Shown: positions 28,649-34,761 of the stretch, in pieces
Numbering within the stretch: the stretch's first letter is position 1
Layout of the letters: each line of letters opens with the position of its first letter
DNA from: Eubacteriales bacterium
GTDB taxonomy: Bacteria; Bacillota; Clostridia; Oscillospirales; CAG-272
DNA: 34,761 nucleotides
Assembly: GCA_045636245.1 (NCBI GenBank)
Contig: JAZTXA010000094.1
Coordinates: forward strand, 1 to 34,761
Direction of reading: 5' to 3'
Program-made: the position numbers and the translations under genes
The notes under the pieces: generated by a model
What the model was told of the DNA's origin: nothing
What the model saw: the letters and a program-made list of their open reading frames with translations, nothing else
Databases searched by the model: none

Positions 28649-29878
28649 TATTGACAGCACAACTGCGTTTATGACAGGGCGGGGCTCGTCTCCGGGGTCA
28701 CAGGGGGTGTTTATGACTTTATATGCTCCGTCCTCTGTGCGTGCAACGAGCGTGGCAGAGCCGCCGCCGTCAACCAAAAACGCATTGTAAAGGTCAAGGT
28801 CGCGCGCCAAAACGGGCAGGTTTTGGGGATTTGAGCCGATGGAATCTTCACGGCGTCCGTCCATTGTGATGAACATCATAGTACCCTCTTTATCGCATCC
28901 GATGATAGTCGCGGGGTAGTTACAGCTCGGATCCTCGCCCGTGAGTACGCCTTGTTTTGCAAAGCAGATATGACCGCCGACAGCGTTTGTAATTTCCTGC
29001 CAGATTTTTGTGTCAATGTCTGCTGTGTCAACGACATTTACCGAAATTTCGATTTCGTCGTTTACATCGAAACTGTTTATAAGCGGTATTGCCTCACCCC
29101 TTGCGGTGAGAACTATTTGGTGTTCCTTTATTTTTTCGGGGTTTTCAGGTGTATCGGGTGAGAAAATCTTATCGACCTTTCCCGTTATAATTTCGCCGTG
29201 GCGCACCGTGTAGTCACAGCCTGTATTGATGCGCACTTCATACGCATCGTCAAGCGCATAGTCGCCCTCCGAAAGCAGTCTGTCCGTGTACATAATAAGC
29301 GCATTGTTTGCGGGCAGACGATTGAGTCCTTCAACCTCAACGGTAAGCCCTTTTGTAATGTTTTTCACCGTTATCTCGGCTGTGGGATTGCCCATTGCCA
29401 TACGTCCGTCGTCTGTGAAGCCGTATGCCCAGAACTCACCCTCAAACGGCGTTTCTTTAACGATATGTGCTGTTGAGATTATTTCACCGCCGTATATATT
29501 GAAGCCTCTCGGTGTTGTCATTGATTTTTTAACAACGGGGTCTGATGCGCCGCCGTATGACGTGCCCTTGCCCTCGACTCTTGCGTGCGCATACGAAACC
29601 ATCCACAAGTCGCCGTTTACGGCGGCTATAGGTGTCATGTCCGTTTCTTTGTCAAGTCTTTCGCAAAGCGTAGTAACCACGCGAAGCTCATTTGCGTATG
29701 TTGCGCAGGGCAAAACATCAACACGGAATTTTTCGTTTTTGGGGTCAAATTCAACAATGTTTATTTTGTTCGGACCGTAGGGCGAATCCTTCGGTGTCTG
29801 CACAAATGTTTTTCTTACGCCATCGCAAAGCATTACCGACTCGTTTTTGATCTGTCCTTGTAATTTTATATTTTTCAT
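28643..29878 (-). CDS. Phosphodiester glycosidase (NAGPA) family protein
   Basis: AAVNGD, AVGG, PATIIG, ITMDGR, NAFLVDGGGSATL, RPVINAV. Confidence 0.85.
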   Translation of the reverse strand: MKNIKLQGQIKNESVMLCDGVRKTFVQTPKDSPYGPNKINIVEFDPKNEKFRVDVLPCATYANELRVVTTLCERLDKETDMTPIAAVNGDLWMVSYAHARVEGKGTSYGGASDPVVKKSMTTPRGFNIYGGEIISTAHIVKETPFEGEFWAYGFTDDGRMAMGNPTAEITVKNITKGLTVEVEGLNRLPANNALIMYTDRLLSEGDYALDDAYEVRINTGCDYTVRHGEIITGKVDKIFSPDTPENPEKIKEHQIVLTARGEAIPLINSFDVNDEIEISVNVVDTADIDTKIWQEITNAVGGHICFAKQGVLTGEDPSCNYPATIIGCDKEGTMMFITMDGRREDSIGSNPQNLPVLARDLDLYNAFLVDGGGSATLVARTEDGAYKVINTPCDPGDEPRPVINAVVLSIK

Positions 29879-29891
29879 ATCAAACTCCGAT

Positions 29892-30311
29892 TTATTTACT
29901 TGTTAATGTGGCAAGCGCCTTTTTAAGCATTGTTGACGATGTGCCCTCGGTATAGGGGAAATATACGATTTCAACGCCGAAGGGCTTGAATTTTTCCTCA
30001 AGCTCATTGAAAAGGGGGGAGCCCTTCCAATCGTCTCCGACAAACATACGGTCGAACTTATATTCCTCCCAAGCCGCAAATTTATCACGGTGTGTCTGCG
30101 GTACGACCTTATCAACGTACTTTATTGCCTCTACTATCTGTACTCTTTCCTCAAATGAAATTACGGGAGTCTTGTTTTTGTACTGCATAACAAGCTCGTC
30201 TGTGCTGACACCGACGATGAGAAAATCGCATTTTTCTTTCGCGCGCTTCAAAATGTTCAGATGTCCTATGTGAAACAGATCGAATACGCCCGTTGTGTAA
30301 CCTATTATCAT
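29892..30311 (-). CDS. tagD: Glycerol-3-phosphate cytidylyltransferase-like protein
   Basis: TTGVFDLFHIGH, VGVSTDE, VGDDWKG, YTEGTSST; adjacent to a TagF-like gene. Confidence 0.85.
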   Translation of the reverse strand: MIIGYTTGVFDLFHIGHLNILKRAKEKCDFLIVGVSTDELVMQYKNKTPVISFEERVQIVEAIKYVDKVVPQTHRDKFAAWEEYKFDRMFVGDDWKGSPLFNELEEKFKPFGVEIVYFPYTEGTSSTMLKKALATLTSK

Positions 30312-30324
30312 TTTGGTACCTTCT

Positions 30325-31473
30325 TTACTTTGTTATTTCTTCTATTTTTTCGGAAAGTCTGCGGCACGATGTACCGTTTTCGTAGCTTCCTACATCCGCA
30401 AGAAATTTGTCGATTTTTTTTGTATAGCCCGCCTCGTCAAATTCCGTTATGCTTTCTATAAGTTTTGTGTTATCAAGCGCATAGGGGAAGGGCAGGTCGT
30501 TTATGTTAAAATAAAATCCTCTTTCATCCGAGAGGTATTTTTCCATATCGGGAACAAACAAAACGCACGGCTCTTTGCGTATTGCCATATCAAACATACA
30601 GGAAGAATAGTCCGTTATAAGCAGATTGCACGAGGCAATAAGCTCCTGTATATCTGGGTATGAGGTGGCATCGTATGCACCCTCACACGGTGGTGTTATA
30701 TCCTTCGCAACATTCGGATGCAAGCGGTACAGAAATGCCCAATTTCCGCCAAATTTTGCACGCAAAGCTTTTATAATTCCCTCACAGTCTATGCCGTGAA
30801 GCGCATCACATTCCGAATCCCTGAATGTCGGTGCGTAAAGTACGGTTTTTGTACCGTTTTCAAGGTTAAAATATGCACGCACCTTTTCCGTGCTGTCGCG
30901 GTTATCCTTAAAAAATATATCACACCTCGGTGTGCCGCTTTCCAAAATATCCCCGTCATACCAAAAGGAATTTTTGAAAATATTCGTGCTGAATTTACAG
31001 CCCGAAACGATGAGATCGCATTTGTCGGAATCCTCTTTTGCGTGTTTAGCGTAATCTTCACCGAGAAATTGTACGGCATCGCCCTCGATTTTCTTAAGTC
31101 TTATGGAGCTGTGCCACGTCTGTATGTAAAACTGTCCTTTTCTTTTGTTCCAAAAATGTATCTTGCCTGTTCTGATGTTGGAAATTATTATTTTTGCCGT
31201 TGAAATTTCTTTAAGATACTGTGTTGAAAAGTGCGGTACGGTACGCACACCCTTCGGAAGATCCACAGGCGGTGATTTTGTTCTGTCATATACCCACACT
31301 ATATCGTATTTACCGGGGTAATTTTTACATAAATATTCAATTATATACTTCGGACTGTCGCCAAAGCCCTTGAAAACACTGTTCCAAGCGATTATTTTGT
31401 TCTTTTTTATCGGTAAAAGCCCGTAAAATCCAAGATATGCTTTATGCCGTAACTCTTTAATTTTCGCAATCAT
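30325..31473 (-). CDS. CDP-glycerol glycerophosphotransferase family protein (TagB/TagF-like)
   Basis: DSPKYI, IQTWH, GTPRCD, LYAPTFR, RLHP, ITDYSSCMFD. Confidence 0.92.
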   Translation of the reverse strand: MIAKIKELRHKAYLGFYGLLPIKKNKIIAWNSVFKGFGDSPKYIIEYLCKNYPGKYDIVWVYDRTKSPPVDLPKGVRTVPHFSTQYLKEISTAKIIISNIRTGKIHFWNKRKGQFYIQTWHSSIRLKKIEGDAVQFLGEDYAKHAKEDSDKCDLIVSGCKFSTNIFKNSFWYDGDILESGTPRCDIFFKDNRDSTEKVRAYFNLENGTKTVLYAPTFRDSECDALHGIDCEGIIKALRAKFGGNWAFLYRLHPNVAKDITPPCEGAYDATSYPDIQELIASCNLLITDYSSCMFDMAIRKEPCVLFVPDMEKYLSDERGFYFNINDLPFPYALDNTKLIESITEFDEAGYTKKIDKFLADVGSYENGTSCRRLSEKIEEITK

Positions 31474-31479
31474 TTTAAT

Positions 31480-32514
31480 TTATTTTCCGTATTTTAAAAG
31501 GAAAAGCACCTTTCTGAAAATTCTTATGAAAATATTTGACTGATGAGTAAAAATGAATGTCGAAAGCCTCGGCGACATCATTGTAAGGTCCAAGTAATAT
31601 TTGTCATCACCGTTTGTATTTTTATACCAAACGGTCTTTTTATAGTCGGGAACACGCTTTTTTATACTTTCCTTGATATTGTAAAGCTTGCCTATTTCCT
31701 CGCGGTCGTAATTTGCAAAGCAGGTGTAAAGAATGTTCGATGTGCTCATACCCAAAAATTTTGCGTTGACCGCATCTTTGTGTTTTTCGTAAAGATCTCT
31801 TTCGACACAGTCGTCAAAAATTCTGTCGGTGATTTTGAGACGCTCAAATTTACGCTTGTCCTTTTTGTTTCTTGTCGTGGAGTTCGGGCTTTGGTAATAG
31901 CAATAGAAAAATCCGTCTGTTTTGCGTATTTCCTCAGCGTAAATACCTGTCATAAAGTTAAACCATGCATCCTCAAAAAACAGCTTTTCGGGGAAAAATA
32001 AATTGTTTTTGATAAGAAAATCGCGTTTATATATCCTTGTCCAGAAAAGACCGCATGAGGATATATATTTGAGTCTTTTTTTCTCATCCATAATTCCCAC
32101 ATCGTCTGATGTATACGGCAAGACTTTGTTTTCCTCTTGTCCGTTTTTCTCGAATATGCAATAGTCCCCGCCCGATAAATCCGCACCTTTTGCGTTTTCA
32201 TACAGTGCTCGGCACATATCATCTTTTATAAAGTCATCGCTGTCCAAGAAAAGCAGGTATTCACCCCTCGCTTCTCTTATTCCGACGTTTCTTGCCCCTC
32301 CCTGACGCAGGTTTTCGGGCAGATATATTCCACGGAATCTGCCGGAGTACTTTTCGGCATACCGCCTTATTATATCGGCGCTGTTATCTGTCGATAGATC
32401 GTCAATGGCGATTATCTCAATTTCGCCAAGAGTCTGTGAAAGACAGCTGTCGAAACATTTGTCCAAATACTGTGAGGTATTGTGAACGGGAATTATTATG
32501 CTGACCTTAACCAT
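31480..32514 (-). CDS. Family 2 glycosyltransferase
   Basis: KVSIIIPVHN, IDDLSTD, GGARNVG, FLDSDD, FFED; ATG 32514 after GGAGG. Confidence 0.92.
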   Translation of the reverse strand: MVKVSIIIPVHNTSQYLDKCFDSCLSQTLGEIEIIAIDDLSTDNSADIIRRYAEKYSGRFRGIYLPENLRQGGARNVGIREARGEYLLFLDSDDFIKDDMCRALYENAKGADLSGGDYCIFEKNGQEENKVLPYTSDDVGIMDEKKRLKYISSCGLFWTRIYKRDFLIKNNLFFPEKLFFEDAWFNFMTGIYAEEIRKTDGFFYCYYQSPNSTTRNKKDKRKFERLKITDRIFDDCVERDLYEKHKDAVNAKFLGMSTSNILYTCFANYDREEIGKLYNIKESIKKRVPDYKKTVWYKNTNGDDKYYLDLTMMSPRLSTFIFTHQSNIFIRIFRKVLFLLKYGK

Positions 32515-32552
32515 ATTTCCTCCGTAAAATACAGTATAATTATCCATATTCT

Positions 32553-32581
32553 ATGATACCACATAAAATTGCATTATGCAA
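32553..32581 (-). promoter_or_regulatory. Putative sigmaA promoter of the GT2-tagF-tagD-NAGPA operon
   Basis: TTGCAT, 17-bp spacer, TG-n-TATCAT. Confidence 0.5.
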
Positions 32582-32660
32582 TAGTTATTTGTAAAAATTG
32601 AATATTCGTGTTATTTATCGGAAATAATAGCTGTACCTATTTTAAAGGGAGGTTTTTTAT

Positions 32661-33329
32661 ATGTTTAAACACGAAAAAATGTTATTTCACCCTGTGGAGG
32701 TGGAGAAAGCAAATCCCGGCTATGCGGCTCTGCTTCAGGAACAGCTCGGCGGCGGCAACGGAGAACTGAAGGCGGCAATGCAGTATATGTCACAGAGCTT
32801 CAGAATAAAGGACCCCGAGATAAAGGATCTTTTCCTTGACATCGCCGCCGAGGAGCTTTCACATATGGAAATGGTGGCGCAGACCATAAATCTTTTGAAC
32901 GGGCACGATGTTGATGCATCAAAGGTTCCCGCGGGTGAAATACAGACGCACGTCATTCTCGGACTCAATCCGGGTCTTATCAACGCATCGGGATATTCGT
33001 GGACGAGTGATTATGTAACCGTCACGGGTGACCTTTGTGCGGATCTGCTTTCAAATATCGCATCGGAGCAGAGAGCAAAGGTCGTTTACGAATACCTTTA
33101 CCGTCAGATAGACGACAAAAAGGTGAGAGAAACGATCGATTTTCTGCTCAACCGCGAGGAAGCGCACAACGCACTTTTCCGCGAGGCGTTCAATAAGGTG
33201 CAGAACAGCGGCTCAAACCGTGATTTCGGCACGACAAAGGCGGCAAAAATGTATTTCAGTATGTCAGAACCTTCACCCGAGGACAGCCGCTTTACGCAGT
33301 TCAATGCCCAGCCTCCGTCCTTCACGTGA
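32661..33329 (+). CDS. Manganese catalase family protein
   Basis: EQLGGGNGEL, DIAAEELSHMEM, NIASEQRA, REEAH metal-ligand motifs. Confidence 0.92.
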   Translation: MFKHEKMLFHPVEVEKANPGYAALLQEQLGGGNGELKAAMQYMSQSFRIKDPEIKDLFLDIAAEELSHMEMVAQTINLLNGHDVDASKVPAGEIQTHVILGLNPGLINASGYSWTSDYVTVTGDLCADLLSNIASEQRAKVVYEYLYRQIDDKKVRETIDFLLNREEAHNALFREAFNKVQNSGSNRDFGTTKAAKMYFSMSEPSPEDSRFTQFNAQPPSFT

Positions 33330-33347
33330 AAATAATAATCTTAAATC

Positions 33348-33376
33348 ATGATCTCAGTTTTTAAAACGGGGATCAT
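33348..33376 (+). terminator. Possible terminator after the Mn-catalase gene
   Basis: ATGATCTCAGTTT-TTA-AAACGGGGATCAT imperfect hairpin with a weak T tract. Confidence 0.45.
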
Positions 33377-33403
33377 TTCATAAGGTTAAATATGTTGTAA
33401 AAA

Positions 33404-33500
33404 GCGCCTTGTCTGTCCCACCACGGTTCGTATGCGTAACAGTGGTTCGCCATGTGAACTGCCCGCAGGCAAAAGGCACATATATTCTGCGGAAATATAT
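33404..33500 (-). repeat. ATATTTCC-GNA element (copy 4, inverted and degenerate)
   Basis: Minus strand ATATATTTCC-GCA-GAATATATG-TGCC...GGG-ACAGACAAGGCGC. Confidence 0.65.
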
Positions 33501-33527
33501 TTTATTATCCCGTATGAAATAACAAAG

Positions 33528-33562
33528 AAAGAGAAGATTTGCTTATCACAAATCTTCTCTTT
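33528..33562. terminator. Intrinsic terminator downstream of htpG (possibly bidirectional)
   Basis: AAAGAGAAGATTTG-CTTATCA-CAAATCTTCTCTTT. Confidence 0.8.
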
Positions 33563-33575
33563 TTTATACCATAGA

Positions 33576-34760
33576 TTAAATATCAAGAAGCATATCAAAG
33601 CTTTCGTCAAGGAATGTTTTAAGTTCCTCTGCGTTAAGCTGTCTTTGGGCGATCAGTGAAAGAGTGTATATCTGCTTCGCTATTTTTTCAGCTTTTGCTT
33701 CGTCTTCAGATGCTGTTTCGGAAAGCTTCTTTATGAGTGTGCTGTTTGTGTTTACAATAAGCGTCATATCGGTAGGCATATCGGGCATACCGTCCATTTT
33801 GTACATTTTCATCATGTCCTCAAAACGGCGTGACTGCTCGTTAATATTGATAAGTGCGGGTGTTTTCTCGTCCTTAAGGCACTCGTAGGATACCTTAAGG
33901 TCTTCTTTTCCGCTTATCTTTTTGAAAAGCGCTGTTATTTTTTCGTCTTCAAGCGCTTCGCCCTCGCCCTTGAGCGCTCCCGCAACATCTGCATCTATTC
34001 TTACGAATTTAACATCACTGTTGTTTGATTCCACCGTGTGGATATACTGCGTATCAAGCATACGGTCAAGCAAAACTATCTTGATACCTTCTTTGTCAAA
34101 CATCGAAATATACTGTGCCTGTGCCGTTACATCCGTGGCGTAATATACGGTGTTTTCGTGCTTTTCCTTGGCGGTCTCAAGGTACTCGTCAAGCGTTTTG
34201 AAGCCGCCGCCGCAAAGGGGCAGAAGCATTGCGCTTTCGGCACGGTCAAAGAACTTCGGATCGCACATACAGCTGTATTCCGCAAAGGTCTTGATATCCT
34301 GCCAGATCTCCTCGTACCTTTCGCGCTGATTTTCCATCATATAAACGAGCTTATCTGCGACCTTTTTGGTGATATGAGCCGCTATCTTCTTAACGTAGGT
34401 GTTGTTCTGCAGATAGGAGCGGCTTACGTTCAGCGGAAGCTCGGGGCAATCGAGCACGCCGCGGGGCATCAAAAGATGCTCGGGGATGACCTCGCGGATG
34501 TTATCGGCTACGAACATCTGATTATAGTATAGCTTGATCTGCCCCTCTGTGTTCTCAAACTCGTTTTCCCTGCGCGGGAAGAACAAAATTCCCCTGAAAT
34601 TGAGGGGGTAGTCCGCGTTGATATGAACGGTGAGAAGCGGCTCGCGCCAATCGTTAAATACCTTGCGGTAGAAGTCCTTATACTCCTCCTCGGTGCATTC
34701 GGAGGGGCTTTTTTGCCAGAGGGGTGCGGTATCGTTTATGGGAGTTTTGCACTCGCATTC
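33576..34760 (-). CDS. htpG: Chaperone HtpG (Hsp90), 5' part outside the window
   Basis: Frame is open to the window edge: PINDTAPLWQKSPSECTEEEYKDFY...DYPLNFRGILFFP, IKLYYNQMFV, DCPELPLNVSRSYLQ. Confidence 0.95.
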   Translation of the reverse strand, partial: ECECKTPINDTAPLWQKSPSECTEEEYKDFYRKVFNDWREPLLTVHINADYPLNFRGILFFPRRENEFENTEGQIKLYYNQMFVADNIREVIPEHLLMPRGVLDCPELPLNVSRSYLQNNTYVKKIAAHITKKVADKLVYMMENQRERYEEIWQDIKTFAEYSCMCDPKFFDRAESAMLLPLCGGGFKTLDEYLETAKEKHENTVYYATDVTAQAQYISMFDKEGIKIVLLDRMLDTQYIHTVESNNSDVKFVRIDADVAGALKGEGEALEDEKITALFKKISGKEDLKVSYECLKDEKTPALININEQSRRFEDMMKMYKMDGMPDMPTDMTLIVNTNSTLIKKLSETASEDEAKAEKIAKQIYTLSLIAQRQLNAEELKTFLDESFDMLLDI

Positions 34761-34761
34761 G

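Overview
Chromosomal window of a Bacillota/Clostridia-type bacterium (inferred from gene order, sigmaA promoters and GGAGG RBSs). The centre is a housekeeping run: trmH-like, topA, trmFO, rnc, Elp3-like radical SAM, smc, ftsY, rdgB, yhbY, nadD, yqeK, rsfS, leuS, rpsU (missed by the ORF track) and murA. The left arm is accessory: a DNase lipoprotein coupled to a DHFR-fold-like gene, a SLOG/YspA protein, a transglutaminase-dockerin plus membrane-anchored cohesin-like pair, an LCAT-like hydrolase and an ABC-F protein. The right arm holds a glycerol-phosphate polymer operon (GT2, TagF-like, TagD-like, NAGPA), a Mn-catalase family gene and a partial htpG. Three signals stand out. (1) A 1.22-kb low-GC cassette between ~60-80 bp direct repeats carries an XRE repressor with twin palindromic operators over the promoter of a PASTA lipoprotein, which is frameshifted at a T8 tract in its signal peptide. 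(2) A non-cellulosomal dockerin/cohesin two-gene surface-display pair. (3) Most long intergenic gaps are filled with a mosaic family of interlinked hairpin modules (GTAG-REPs, ATATTTCC-GNA-GGAAATAT elements, CTTCA-spaced hairpin arrays). No tRNA, rRNA, CRISPR array, integrase or transposase was recognised. All family calls are from motif recognition, not database searches.
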